Positions 44,291-60,427 of a stretch of DNA of 64,000 nucleotides are shown here, one piece after another. Numbering within the stretch: position 1 is the first letter of the stretch; every line of letters begins with the position of its first letter. Made by a program: the position numbers and the translations under genes. The notes below the pieces were generated by a model, which ran no database searches, was not told where the DNA came from, and worked only from the letters and a program-made list of their open reading frames with translations. This stretch comes from Eledone cirrhosa (taxonomy: Eukaryota): contig OZ024747.1 of NCBI GenBank assembly GCA_964016885.1, positions 4,960,001 to 5,024,000 of the forward strand, read 5' to 3'.

Positions 44291-45486
44291 TGTTGATGAT
44301 GATGGTGATATATATTGGTGGTAGTGGTATTAGTGTTGATGGTGGCGTTTATAATATTGGTTGTTGTGATATAGTATTGGTGGTAGTTGTGTCAGTGTTA
44401 GTAGTGTTGGTGTTACTAGTAGTGTTGGTGGTAGTGGTACCAATGATTGAGGCAAAGATAACATAGTTAATATGGAATCTGACAAGGTTCTATTGATTGT
44501 TCTTCAACGACAACCCTATCACCCTCCAAACCACCACCACCACCACCACCCACCATCAAAACCCTTTCCCCCACCAACATCCACAAACACCACCCACCAC
44601 CACCAACATCCTCTCCACCAACATCCAACACCCTCAACCACCACGAATCCTTCATATCAATAGTTACAACCATATCGAAACTATAAGTATTAAGGACAGA
44701 AACGAAATGAATGGGAGGGGCGAGAAACCGATGTTGTTGTGGCTAATTTTATGTTGTTGTTGTTGTTGTAGTGGTGGTGGTGGTGGTGGCGGTGTTCGTC
44801 GTCGTCGTCGTCGTCGTCGTGGTAGGGTGGAAGCAAAAATGATGGTTTTCTGGTCGATGTATGATGTCGGGTGAAATACGAGAATAGAGTTTGGTGAAGG
44901 ATTGAAGTGAGTCAAGACTCCAGCCCAGCTCAGATCTTGACCATTTCTTTAATGAAGCAGCTTACCAAACATTCGGAACACTATCCCTCACACCACCTCT
45001 ACTGAAACCATACCCCGACCCTACCAACACCACAGCCCGCCTCTACCAACACCACACCCCGCCAATCAAAACTTAAGAATATGCCTGTCAGCACAACGGC
45101 TATCGGTTCGATATTGACATTTTGAAGACAGCCACCGTCCACCAGTCACTTACTCTCCCTCCTCCACCATCACCACCACCACCACCACCGCTGACACCAC
45201 CACCACCACCACTACCGCCACCGCCACCACCACCGCTGACACCACCATCACCACGACTACCGCCACCACCACAGCTGACACCACCACCACCACCACCGCT
45301 AACACCACCACCACCACCACTACCACCACCACCACTACCACCACCGCTAACACCACCACCATCACCACCACCACCACCACCGCTGACACCACCACTACCG
45401 CCACCGCCACCACCACTATTCCGGTTGTAATTCTGTAAAATTATACATCTCACTCCCTCTCTCTCTCCCTCTCACCCATCTCACTC

Positions 45487-45549
<63 letters not shown>

Positions 45550-45734
45550 CTTTTCTTTCCTTCTTTCTTAAACAAGATGTTCTACTTTTTACTCTCCTCC
45601 TTCTCCCCTCCTCTTTCGTATTCGCCTCCTCCTCCTCCTTGTCTTCATACATAGCTCTATATTGTAATAATAGCAGGTTATTTCTGGAGATTAAGACATT
45701 CTCTATTATCTCATACCGTCATCTCTAAGACAAC

Positions 45735-46605
45735 ATCACTGCCACCACCACCACCACTGCCACCACCACCACCACTGCCACCACCACCACCACCACCACC
45801 ACTGCCACCATCACTGCCACCACCACCATCACTGCCACCACCACCACCACTGCCACCACCACCACTGCCACCATCACTGCCACCACCACCATCACTGCCA
45901 CCACCACCTCCACTGCCACTACCACTGCCACCACCACCACCACTGCCACCACCACCACCACTGCCACCACCACTGCCACCACCACCATCACTGCCACCAC
46001 CACCACCACTGCCACCACCACCACTGCCACCACCACCACTGCTACCACCACCATCACTGCCACCACCACCACCACTGCCACCACCACTGCTACCACCACC
46101 ACCACCGCCACCACCACCACCACTGCCACCACCACTGCCACCACCACCACCACTGCCACCACCACTGCCACCACCACCATCACTGCCACCACCACCATCA
46201 CTGCCACCACCACCACTGCCACCACCACCACCACTGCCACCACCACCACCACTGCCACCACCATCACTGCCACCACCACCACCACTGCCACCACCACCAC
46301 TGCTACCACCACCATCACTGCCACCACTACCACTGCCAACACCACCTCCTCCAACACTACCACCAACACTGCCAACACCACCTCCTCCAACACCACCACC
46401 AACACTGCCAACACCACCACCAACACTGCCAACACCACCTCCTCCAACACCACCACCAACACTGCCAACACCACCACCAACACTGCCAACACCACCTCCT
46501 CCTACACCACCACCAACACTGCCAACACCACCACCAACACTGCCAACACCACCACCAACACCACCACCAACACTGCCAACACCACCTCCTCCAACACTGC
46601 CACCA
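45735..46605. repeat. (CCA)n-derived compound repeat
   Basis: ccaccactg / ccaacactg units. Confidence 0.95.
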
Positions 46606-46918
46606 ATGTTGTTGGTTGTTTCTTTTCTGCTTCTCCCGCCCGTCAGTTGTCATCAAAGACAGGATAGCGTTTCTTCTACTAACTAGATATCTACATATAT
46701 ATATATACCTGTGTATACATACATGCACAGATATATATATATATAGATGTGTGTATACATACATACACACATACATATATACACATCTGACAACGTTCTC
46801 CTCTTTCTCTGACATATATGTACACATCCATTCAGCGTCACTTGATCATTGGAAAGACAAGAGATGTGTGTATGTATATATGTATATATGTATGTATATA
46901 TGTATATATGTATGTATG

Positions 46919-46949
<31 letters not shown>

Positions 46950-47004
46950 ATATGTATGTATATATGTATATATATATGTATATATATATATGTATATATG
47001 TATA

Positions 47005-47068
<64 letters not shown>

Positions 47069-47223
47069 TGTATGTATGTGTATGTATGTATATATGTATA
47101 TATATGTATGTATGTATATATGTATATATGTATATGTATGTAAGTATATATTTATGTATGTATGCAGGCATCGTGTGTGCGAATGTTAATATACATAAAT
47201 ATATACATATATATGTCTGTGTG

Positions 47224-47277
<54 letters not shown>

Positions 47278-48252
47278 TGTGTGTGAGTATATGTCTGCGT
47301 GCACCTGCGTTTAAATATATGAGCATGTGTGTGTATATGTCTGAGTGTATCTGCATGTGATTGTGTGTGTGAGTCTGCGTGTGTCTGTATGTGCATGTGC
47401 CTATGTATGTAGGTGTGTCTGCGTGTGTATGTGTCTGCGTGTGTATGTGTGTATGTGTGTATGTGTATATGTCTGTGTATATGTTTGTGTGTGATTTTCA
47501 GTCTTGCCTGAAACCATTTGGCACAGCTAATGGTTCTTGAGGACTGTTGAAATTATAGGGAAGTATCTACAGATGCTTTCCCCCTCCTTCTCCCCGTCTC
47601 TTCCTCCCTCTCTTCCTCCACCACCTCCGTCTCTTCCTCCGTCTCTTGGTCCGCTACCTCCCTCTCTTCCTCCGTCTCTTGGTCCGCTACCTCCCTCTCT
47701 TCCTCCGCTACCTCCCTCTCTTCCTCGGCCACCTCCCTCTCTTCCTCCGCCACCTCCGTCTCTTCCTCCGTCTCTTCCTCCGCCACCTCCCTCTCTTCCT
47801 CCGTCTCCTCCTCCGTCTCCTCCTCCGTCTCTTCCTCCACCACCTTGTCTCTTCCTCTGCCTCCTCCGTCTCTTCCTCAGCCTCCTCCATCTCTTCCTCC
47901 GTCTCTTCCTCCACCACCTCCGTCTCTTCCTCCGTCTCCTCCCTCTCTTCCTCTCTCTCCACCTCCACCCCTCCATCTCCTATTACTCCACCTTCCATTA
48001 CTCCTTCACCTCCACCTCTTCCTCTACTTTCAAATGTTCCTCCTCAACCACCTCATATCCCCCTCCCCTCCTTCCCCTCCTTCTCCTCCCATTCTCCTCC
48101 ACCTCCTCGTCCTCCATCTTCCTCTTCAATGTATCTCTGCTACTCTTTCTACCACGTCGTGGCCTTCATGCCTCACCAGCATCATTTTTTTTTATGAAAA
48201 AGAGGAAAAAGCAAAAATCTATCAAACTAAAACATGAATCGTAGAAACATAT

Positions 48253-49569
<1,317 letters not shown>

Positions 49570-49894
49570 CAAGGTGACTAACAGACTCCAGCAATGTCTT
49601 TAGACACCCTAAACAATATAGAAATCAAAATCATTGTACACGAAAGACAGTTACCTACTAATGTATTGAGTACATTTTTAACTGTGGTTACACCCCTATT
49701 TTCCTCGGGTTCTCCTTATATATGCGTGTATATATGTGTATGTGTGTATGTGTGTGTGTCTGTGGATGTGTGTTTCTGTGTGTGTGAATTTCGAATGTAA
49801 GTGTTACCTTAAAGTTACCTGCTTCAAAAAAAAGCTTTATTTTTAACTAAGAAAAATATTTATTCATTTAAGGTGTTCGCTCTGACATAGCTGT

Positions 49895-50080
49895 ATATAT
49901 AAGTATTAGTATATTGTATATCTAGCGATATAGGGTGCGTTTAAACAATTGCTTCTGCTGGACTCCGCTAGGTGGCGCTAGGTCACCAGCTTCCAAGATT
50001 CATACCTGAAGGTTTTCAAAATGTTTATTCATAAACATACCGTATATCGCTAGATATAGAACATACTCATATTTATCTAT
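49895..50080. mobile_element. Possible MITE: ~40-bp imperfect inverted repeats
   Basis: tatatctagcgatata (49917-49932) versus tatatcgctagatata (50043-50058), with similarity extending outward. Confidence 0.5.
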
Positions 50081-50412
50081 CTATATATTTATTTTATCAA
50101 TGTTTCGTTACATTCACAATATTGTTTCATATTCTGTATATTCTGTAGAAGTGTATGGTGAAGGGTAAGCCAGTGGAATGGTGTGTGTTGAAGGCCAGTA
50201 ACTACACAGTGATACCATCTCTCTTAATACTAAGTCTAGCAGACTAGAAACACAACTTGTACCATTATTAATATATTATATTCTTCTAAAATGTCAATGT
50301 CATTATTTAAGTACCATGATAATGACTCTAGTAGTCTATAAAACTGGGAAACAAACATAAAATATTTACACAATAATTATTTATAGATTGCTGTAATGAT
50401 GGCAGCGAATAA

Positions 50413-50446
<34 letters not shown>

Positions 50447-50627
50447 GGTGGTGGTGGTGGTGGTGGTGGTGGTGGTAGTGGTGGTGGTAGGAAAGTTTTC
50501 CCAGCAAGAAATGCCTGTTTTAGAAGATTCAAAAGTTTGGACTCCCATTAACTCGAACTCTTTATATATATATATATGTGTGTGTGTGTGTATACATATA
50601 TATATATATATATAAATATATATACAT

Positions 50628-50943
<316 letters not shown>

Positions 50944-51066
50944 ATATATATATATTAAAATAACAGATTAATGTTTAAGCGAAGAATCGGTGTTTTCACC
51001 CTTAACGGGATCTTATTTATCCTTATCGAGCCCTCTTTGGATTTCAATCTTCACATTTATTATTAT

Positions 51067-51125
<59 letters not shown>

Positions 51126-51126
<1 letters not shown>

Positions 51127-51181
51127 CCGCCTGATGAGGTCATAGCCATTCAATGGCTATCATCGAAATATATATAGCAGT
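51126..51181 (+). ncRNA. Minimal type-I hammerhead ribozyme motif in a ~100-bp element between (AT)n tracts
   Basis: accgc-CTGATGA-ggtcatagccat tca atggctatcatc-GAAA-tatata-TA-gcagt, followed by AATAAA. Confidence 0.8.
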
Positions 51182-51222
51182 AAATAAAGGATTATGAGTT
51201 CATGCAATTGACTTATGTTTCG

Positions 51223-51285
<63 letters not shown>

Positions 51286-51293
<8 letters not shown>

Positions 51294-51621
51294 AGATCAA
51301 AAGATGGTTAAAAGAGTTCCAAGTATTTTATTATGCGCATTTCAAAAACAAATATCATCATGGGATGATATCTGCGTTCTCATCAGATAAAATAGGGAGA
51401 CATGATATGAAGCTTAAAAAACAGTTGTGAATAGTGAAGTTTTAAATCAACATATGTTGATTTAAAACTTCACTATTCACAACTGTTTTTTAAGCTTCAT
51501 ATCATGTCTCCCTATTTTATCTGATGAGAACGCAGATATCATCCCATGATGATATTTGTTTTTGAAATGCGCATAATAAAATACTTGGAACTCTTTTAAC
51601 CATCTTTTGATCTTATATTAT
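51286..51621. mobile_element. 336-bp perfect palindrome with hammerheads at 51324-51394(-) and 51513-51583(+); tail at 51622-51708
   Basis: Loop-less centre caacatatgttg (51453/51454). Motif: tattttat-CTGATGA-gaacgcagatatcatc ccat gatgatatttgttttt-GAAA-tgcgca-TA-ataaaata. Confidence 0.93.
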
Positions 51622-51873
51622 TTATACTCCAGTCCTACAAACTGTAGAGTGCTACTTATCCGATATTTGCATTGCTTTATTGTGCTACAATAAAACTCCC
51701 CTCTACATTATATATATATATATATAAAACGTAATGAAGGAGTAACCAATCGTCCTTGTTTTATTTTATCTTACTATATTACACTCTGTCTAGCTCTACA
51801 CCTCGACACAGAAGTGAACCTAAACATCGAGTGCTCACCCGGGTGAACCTACAGTAACTCCAAGTTACATTCC

Positions 51874-51905
<32 letters not shown>

Positions 51906-51907
<2 letters not shown>

Positions 51908-52094
51908 CAGAAGAAATGTGGTAAGGAACCAGGTGGACCATAACGCACCAAAGTACTCAATACTTAGGGTAGTAGAGTGGGTAATAGGAACCAGTAAGAC
52001 CCCGACGGCTGAGCTCAAGCCGTTTCGACGGCTAATTCTGGACTGAATTAGCTGTCGAAACGGCTTGAGCTCAGCCGTCGGGGTCTTACTGGTT

Positions 52095-52097
<3 letters not shown>
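51906..52097 (-). mobile_element. Family H copy
   Basis: Same arms and tail; centre gctaattctggactgaattagc. Confidence 0.9.
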
Positions 52098-52138
<41 letters not shown>

Positions 52139-53729
52139 GAGAAAGAGGTAATAGGAGATTATATAGATGTATGTATATATATGTGTGTTTGTGCGTATGT
52201 ATGTACGTTCGTTTTATATATGTATGTCTGTATAAGAGGCACCAACACTATTTGTGTTGATGATATTAAAATATCAAAGGTTTTTGACATCACCAACTGT
52301 TCTGCTGATACCATAAACATAGAGAAGGACCCCCATACACCATACGACTGAACTGATAAAAACAACATTCAATTCAGTGTCGGAATGTTTGAAGCACTTC
52401 GTTATCAACACGGTAACACATTGCAGCTGGGTTACTCAGGGCCAGAAGAAGCTGCAACAGTAAATATACTATCTGTACATGACCCAGTAACGATATTGAG
52501 AAATAACACGTTTCAAGTTTATATTATCATGATGGCAACAACTTATATACGATTGTTATCTCACTCTGATTCTATGGAAACCGTTTCGTCTCAATAATCT
52601 GGATTACCATTCATGGATAAATGATTTTCATTAAAGTAATTAACACAAGTGACTCGGAAATGAGTTTACTTAAAACTGGTGGAAGAGAGAGGGATAGATG
52701 TATTCAAGCCGAGGATTTGACCATGTGTGCAACAGAGCCGACTACATTAAAGACATCCAAAGACCAGGTAGTTAAACCAAGTGGTGGTTTATGTCTCCTA
52801 GCGAAACAGGTCAGAGCGGGATTTGAACTCAATATTCAAAGAACCAGAACAAAGGACCTTGTCTGACATTCTAACGATACTTCTAGTCCTTTATAGTGCT
52901 GTCCTATGTAGATGACAGAAAAAGTCAACATCCGACAGATTTAAACTCAGAATTCAAGAAGCCGGAATAAATATTGAATGCCTAGTTTTAAAGATTTTAG
53001 TCATGAACCAACCAAATAAATTAGTTCCAAACCAACCAAGCAACAGATCGAATACAACCTAGTACATCACCATCTATATACACCACCACATCTGATCGTA
53101 ATATACAGCACTACCACCACCACCACCACTACTACAATCTCCACAACCATTCCCGCCACCATCCCAACCATAGGGGCCAGCTCCAACGTCGGCAACACCA
53201 CCATAACATCAATCGCCACCGCCATTACAACAATAACTTTAAAAAAACAACTACCACCACAGCCACCACCAACACCACCAACACCACCACCCCAAACACT
53301 ACACCACCACCACACCCACTCTCACTACAACCACTACCATCACCCATACTACAACCCCAACAACCACCACCACCACCATCACCCATACTACAACCCCAAT
53401 AACTACACCACCACCATCACCCATACTACAACCCCAATAACTACACCACCACCATCACCCATGCTACAACCCCAACCACTACACCACCACAACTACCAAC
53501 ACCCATACTACAACCCGAACCACTACCACAACCACCACCACCATCACCCATACTACAACCCCAACCACTACACCACCACCACCACCATCACCCATGCTAC
53601 AACCCCAACCACTACGATCAATAAACTTAACGTCCCTGATAAGTTTCCCAGAATGATCTCATCACATCATATAAACGGTATTATGGATATCTTTGGATGA
53701 CTGACAATTCCATTTCGTCTCCTGCTGCT

Positions 53730-54605
53730 ACCACTACTACTACACCCACCACCACTACCACCACTACTACTACACCCACCACCACTACCACCACTACTAC
53801 TACACCCACCACCACTACCACCACTACCACCACCACTACCACTACTACCACTACCACCGCCACTACCACCACCACTACCACAACTATCACCACCAACACC
53901 ACTAACACCACCACCACCACCACCCCCATCACCACCACCACCATCACCGCCACCACCACCACCACCACTACCACAACTATCACCACCACTACCACTACCA
54001 CCAACACCACCACCACCACCACTACCATCACCACCACCACCATCACCACCACCACCATCAACACCACCACCACCACCACCAACACCACCACCACCACCAC
54101 TACCACAACTATCACCACCACTACCACTACCACCAACACCACCACCACCACCACTACCATCACCACCACCACCATCACCACCACCACCACCAACACCACC
54201 ACCATCACCAGCACCACCACTACCACCACCACTACCACTACTACCACTACCACCGCCACCACAACTATCACCACCACTATCACTACCACCAACACCACTA
54301 CCACCACCACCACCACCACCATCACCACCACCACGACCACCACCATCACCACCACCACCATCACCGCCACCACCACCACCACCATCACAACTATCACCAC
54401 CACTACCACTACCACCAACACCACCACCACCATCACCACCACCACCATCACCACCACCACCACCATCACCACTACCATCACCACCACTACCACCGCCACC
54501 ACAACTATCACCACCACTACCACTACCACCAACACCACCACCATCACCACCACCACCACTACCACAACTATCACCACTACTATCACCACCACCACCACCA
54601 CCACC
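53730..54605. repeat. (CCA)n-derived compound repeat
   Basis: Direct observation. Confidence 0.95.
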
Positions 54606-55014
54606 CAACCCGAGGTGCCATCACCACCACCTTTCTTCATGTTCACCACCATTCACACCACTTCCTTTCCTCTCCTGTCACAGTATTGAACCAACTAGAA
54701 AGGCTTCTACTAGGTCACCCAACCTATTAGAAATAACAGCCAATTATTCCCTCAAACCACACGTAACAGTTTCAGTATAGAACACATTTGATAATCTGGT
54801 CGTGGTTTCTCTCCAGAAAGCGTCCTTTCCGACGGCCATATAATATTGTTATAGAGACTTCCATAGCCTTCTCTTGAAACATTTCATAAATTTACGACAG
54901 TTTCGTTAGACTAACAAGAATGTTCCCTTCCTGTTAGAATAACTCCTCAGAATTAATCAAATTCGAAGACATGGATACCTTGCACGTTCTAACATTCCAG
55001 TATATATATATATA

Positions 55015-56240
55015 TATAAGAGAAAACACAGGTAAGCATTAAGAGAAGGATTTTATCCAGGTATTTACGACCGTTTCATTGGTAAGTGCAACCTTATATT
55101 GCTATACTGCAAATAGCAGCCACTGAATTATAATTGTTGTTCACGTCCAAATTTTCAAAATAGTGAGTAAGTTACTCTTGAAATAGTTCTGAATATTTAG
55201 AGAAAAACGTTTTTTTGGAATTGTATTTACTAGTATAGAGAGAGAGGAAGAGGAATTAGAAAGTGAGGGGGACAAACGGAATAGTATGGAGAGAGAGGAA
55301 GGGGGAGAAGAGTTAGGAAGTGGCAAACTGAGATGGAGGGAGGGGTAGAGGTTGAAGGATTCCTTGATCAGTTTTGATACGTAGACTTCATTTCGTCGAT
55401 TGTAGTGAGTTAAAGAGAATTAAATTGATCATAGTGGGAGGGAGGGAGAGAGAGGGGGGGATATAAAGAGATAAATATATATATAAAAAATAAAGATAAA
55501 AATAATAATGATAAAAATAAAAGTAAAGAAGGGGGAGAAAGAAGAAAAGAAAAGATAGCCAAAAAGGGGAGGGAAGAAAGGAAGAAAACGAAGAAATAGA
55601 AGAGGAATGAAGGAGAAGGGAGGGATATAGGTATTGGTTTTTTGTGGGTTTTTAAAGGGGTTAGATACAATAAGAGGGTATAAAGTCTAAGTATATGCAG
55701 TTTGTCAGTTGGTAGTAAGAGGTTAAGGGTTTGATTTGCACTTGTAGTGCGAAAAACTTTTCTTTGAGTCTATGGTTACAATAAATTGATCTTTCGATTT
55801 TATTGTTGAGTAACTTATTTTTCGAACTCAAAATGTGGAATAGCTCAAGGTCACATAATCGACAGCTTCTCATACCATTCCGATATGGGGGCGCATTCGA
55901 TAATTTTTCCACTTCAGGGTGTATTGATGGTTACTTTCCCTCAGTTGCCAGGTCTTGTTTGCAAGGGTAGTTACATAACGATGCTGGGAATGTTTCATTG
56001 CGTAACGGTGCGTAACGGTGTGTATACCAAGGTTGCACTTACCAATGAAACGGTCGTAAATACCTGGATGAAATCCTTCTCTTAATGCTTACCTGTGTTT
56101 TCTCTTTTATACTTTATACTCCAAGATTGAACGGAATTCTTATAAACTTGTGGAGTTACCCCTAACCGTACGTTGAAACCGTCCATGAAACTGGCTTTCT
56201 TAACCACGAACTGGATCACAATAAGCAATTTTCTGCTTCC

Positions 56241-56247
<7 letters not shown>
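55015..56247 (-). mobile_element. Second, unrelated Penelope-like element fragment with inverted pseudo-LTR and tail
   Basis: 55015-55095 is inverted at 56029-56111. The minus strand encodes a PLE endonuclease C-terminus. There is a 10-bp tandem duplication (cgtaacggtg, 56001-56020) at the inversion junction, and (AT)n flanks. Confidence 0.82.
55661..56000 (-). pseudogene. PLE GIY-YIG endonuclease C-terminus with CxxC...CxH motif, frameshifted
   Basis: TTLANKTWQLRESNHQYTLKWK / (frameshift) LSNAPPYRNGMRSCRLCDLELFHILSSKNKLLNNKIERSIYCNH resembles the C-terminal pattern of PLE endonucleases. Confidence 0.75.
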
Positions 56248-56298
<51 letters not shown>

Positions 56299-56551
56299 AA
56301 TGAGTTATATGGTTTGTTGATTATTATTGAGTTAATTTTATAACAGATTTGAAGCACTCTGCAGTGCCCTTATAATAGTATAAGCCCGCTAACGGCAAGT
56401 GAGGGATTCCTCAGAATATATATATATATATATATATATACACAATATTATTTCTATATTTATCGATTACCCGAAGAAAGAAGAACGACAATATAAATCT
56501 TAGCTGGATTTGACCCCAGATGAGAGAGAGAGAGAGAAGAAGAAGAAGAGG

Positions 56552-56621
<70 letters not shown>

Positions 56622-56937
56622 AGAGATAAATACATAGACACCTCAATGTATTTTATACGACATTGTAGAAAGTCTAAGCAATTCACGACCGACGACATCT
56701 TTTATCTGCTAAAATGATGGTAAATGAAGTTTAATCCCAGCTTAAATCCGAACATGTCTCTACATAAGTTTAGGAAATACTGTAATCGAGACGGATGTCT
56801 TCAGCTAATTAGTGATAAATATCAGCAGATATAATGGATTTGATACTTTTCCAAGGATATCTAAACTGTATCATAATATCTGATAAGATGGCTTCCGAAA
56901 AATTATCAGTCGATTAGGCCTGATGAGGTTATCACGA

Positions 56938-57050
<113 letters not shown>

Positions 57051-57657
57051 GTGTGTGTGTGTGTTACTGTGTGTGTGAGTGAGTGTGTGTGTGTATGTGT
57101 TTGTTTGTGCTACTGTGTGTGTGTGTATGTATGCATGTACGTATGTGTGTATGTATGAATATGGTGCATGTAAGTATGTATATATGTATGTATGTACGCA
57201 AGTATGTGTGTATGTATGTACGTATGTATGTATGTATGTAGATATATATGTGTGTATGTATATATGTATGTATTCATTTATGTATCTATTTATGTCTGTC
57301 TGTATGTGTATGTATATATGCATGTATGTGTGTATGTGTACGTGTGAATGCATGTGTATGTATGTGTGTACGGGTGTATGCATGTGTATGTACATATTTA
57401 TTTATGCATATAAGTATGTATGCCAATATATTGTCATGTCAGAGATCTAATAACCAGAGTCCTGCTATTGGCAATCCTGTAAGCGAGATAGACTGGGGGG
57501 TGCGGCTTGTCACCCCGGGCCCTATTCTCTTCCTTTTGTTGTTTAATTTAATCTTTCCTTTTAATTCTTTTCTTTATCTTCTATTTTTTAACTTCTTATT
57601 GCGTTTTATTTTTTTTCTGGCTAAATTAGAAACAATTTTAATGATGATCAGGTTAGG

Positions 57658-57843
57658 CTTCTACCTGCTACTGGTACCATGTAACCCACTACAACCTGCT
57701 TCATGGTCGAATGGTCAGCAACTAAACTAGCTTCCCTACTAGATCTTGGTATAGTCAGGTCAGTCTTCTACCTGCTACTGGTACCATGTAACCCACTACA
57801 ACCTGCTTCATGGTCGAGTGGTGAGTGACTAAACTGGCTTCCC
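57658..57843 (+). repeat. Direct duplication, period ~107 bp
   Basis: cttctacctgctactggtaccatgtaacccactacaacctgcttcatggtcga at 57658 and 57765. Confidence 0.9.
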
Positions 57844-57979
57844 CATCAGACCCTGGTCGGGTAATAAGGGCAAGTGGGACCCTAGCAACGCAAAAAACGA
57901 GAGCTGTTAAAAGCGTGGGGAATTCTTAAGAATCAACGGACATCCACTCTAACTATGGCTTCACCAACCCGCATTTCGG

Positions 57980-59120
57980 TTGATAAAATAAAGTACCAGT
58001 AATTCACTGGTTTGATTAAAGTACCAGTAATTCACTGGAGCCGATTAAATTGACTTTCCTCTTTTACCCCCTCTCAAAATTATTGACCTTGAGCTTAAAT
58101 AAGAAACCATTATTTATTCATAGCCGTAGATTGTTAGAATCGGTAGAATGTCGGATAATATGATTTGTGGCATATAGTTACGACCCTTTGCGTTTCGGTT
58201 CAAATTCCGCCACGGTTAGTTTTTTGCGCTTCATTCTTACGGGTTCGATGAAATACCAGTAATGCACTGGGGTCGATGTATTATTATTGTTGTGGGTTCT
58301 GTCGGGTTTGCGTTTGAAAGTAATGTCAAAACTTTGTTATTTTTTGTTTTGTTTTGTATTTTACTTGGTTTATTAGTGGTTTGTTTTAATTTTGTCCCCT
58401 AGATTAGAGACATATAAGGGTCAGGGCTCCTTCTAGGTTAATAACTCATGTTATGTTCGCATGAGGTTTGCTGATTGGATACGTGATAAAACCAGGTGAA
58501 ACAATCATTTTATTTTTTTTATCATTTTTTTTATATCACCAGAGGCAAGAATGTTGGCAAAACCAAGATGGCGGAAGTGGATATTCAGTCGTGACTTATA
58601 TACGATAGTATGACGTTGGCTGCAATTTAGGGGAAAAAATCAGAGGTTGGTGGCATGAATACTGCTTGTAATCTTTAGTTCCTCCCCCAGGGGCGCAGGC
58701 AGGGTTGTGGGAGTAAGAATTTCGTTTCGAAACCATGTTTTTCGATCCGGGTTCTATCCCAGCTGCGTGGCACTTTGGGCAAGTGCCCCTCGACCATAGC
58801 CTCGGGTTGTTCAATAAATTGTGAGAGAAATTTGATAGAGAGAAACACTGCACAGAAAACTTTTGTGTGTTGTATTTATTATTATTACTATATATAGGGC
58901 GGTGGATTGGCAGTATCGGTAGAGGGTCGGACGCCTTGTTTTGCAGCAAAGAGTTACGGCCCTTTATGATCTGAGTTCAAATCCCGTCGAGGTTAACTTT
59001 GCCTTTCATCCTTACGGGGTCGAAGATAAAGTACCAGTCACGCACTGGGGTCGATTTAATCGACTTTCCCCTCCCCAAAAATTGCTGGCCTTGTGCCTAT
59101 ATAAGAAACCATTATTATTA
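57980..59120 (+). mobile_element. SINE cluster: family A (57980-58285, 58896-59120) and a CORE-like SINE (58690-58860)
   Basis: A/B boxes, family A body, and gcactttgggcaagtg CORE-like segment. Confidence 0.75.
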
Positions 59121-59199
59121 CTATATATATATATATATATATATATACAAGTGTATCTGTTCGTATTTGTATCTGTATACATACATGTCTGTTTTGTTT

Positions 59200-59249
<50 letters not shown>

Positions 59250-59304
59250 AGTGTATCTGTTCGTATTTGTATCTGTATACATACATGTCTGTTTTGTTTT
59301 GTAC

Positions 59305-59339
<35 letters not shown>

Positions 59340-59515
59340 CATACGTGCCTGTTTTGTGTATATCGTTGTAAATCAGTGTTTACTTCCCAAAGAGAGAATT
59401 CTCTAAAACGTATCCTAACACATGGTAAAAATCATCTATTTCATAAATAGGGATCAATCAATAAAATATATAGATTGATATAATTGACTAAATCACTAGA
59501 AAGTGATGTTCCAGC

Positions 59516-59852
59516 ACATGACCGGATTTAATGGGGAGCAAAGGAGGCAATTGCCCCAGGTCCCTCCCGTGGAGGGGCGCGACACCAGCGACGGCAGTAG
59601 CAATTTATTTGAGCCTTCAGTTGTGCTTTTTAGTTTTAGGATGGTTAGACTTTTTTTTATTTAATACCTGTATGTATAACTTTTCAATTCCAATTACTTG
59701 CTCCATGTTGACTTTGATATATACAACTGGGTGTTTGCAGTGTATTCTAATTTCTAATGACTGAGCGCCCCCCATAAACCCCCTTCCCCATCCTCACTGC
59801 AAAAAAAAAATGAAGCGCCCCGGGGCCCCCCCAAAATCTAAATCCAACCTTG
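59516..59852. mobile_element. Possible degenerate hAT-like MITE
   Basis: Ends ...ccggattta / taaatccaacc with GC-rich gcccc subterminal motifs. Confidence 0.4.
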
Positions 59853-60249
59853 CTCCAACATACCGTCAAAGAGCATGCTCATATCAGGATATCTCTGCTG
59901 GTGTGTTTTCAGCGAGATCCTCTTACAAGTCTTATCGGAAATGGGTTAAAAAAGTTGACATAATGTACTAGAAAAAACAATAACAGTTCTATGTTTAGTC
60001 TTATCTATTTGTATATGTGTCGGCCTGCAGCCGACATTATTTGGGCTGGTCTAGTGATTTAAAAATATTCCTGCTACACCCCTACCCCTCGTTAGTGATT
60101 AGATTACCGGCGAGTAGGATAAAAACAATTTCAAAATTCTCTTAGGGGTAGCTTGAAGGAAATTTCATCTTACTCCCCGTAGTTTCATGATAATCCCTCA
60201 AATCATTCCCAAACTCATTCACCCTTTGTGACTAATAATGATGACAATA

Positions 60250-60395
60250 GTTTCTGATTTAGGCACAAGGTCAACAATTTGGGGGGAGGGGGAGGTCGAT
60301 TAAATCGACCCCGTAAGGATGAAAGGCAAAGCTAACCTCGGTGGGATTTAAACTTATAATGATTTTTATTTGTTTTTGTTGTTGTTTTCTTTTCT

Positions 60396-60427
<32 letters not shown>

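Noticed and set aside
51286-51621. Integrated viroid-like or ambisense circular RNA (ribozymes on both strands)
   Set aside because: The two ribozymes are exact mirror copies produced by DNA inversion, not distinct sense and antisense ribozymes. The layout matches PLE ends.
53667-54689. Gly-rich or Thr-rich structural protein
   Set aside because: (CCA)n compound repeat open in multiple frames, with no signal peptide or splice evidence.
55050-55200. Complete hammerhead in the second PLE pseudo-LTR
   Set aside because: Only the GAAAcggtcgTA half is visible; I could not place a convincing CUGANGA core.
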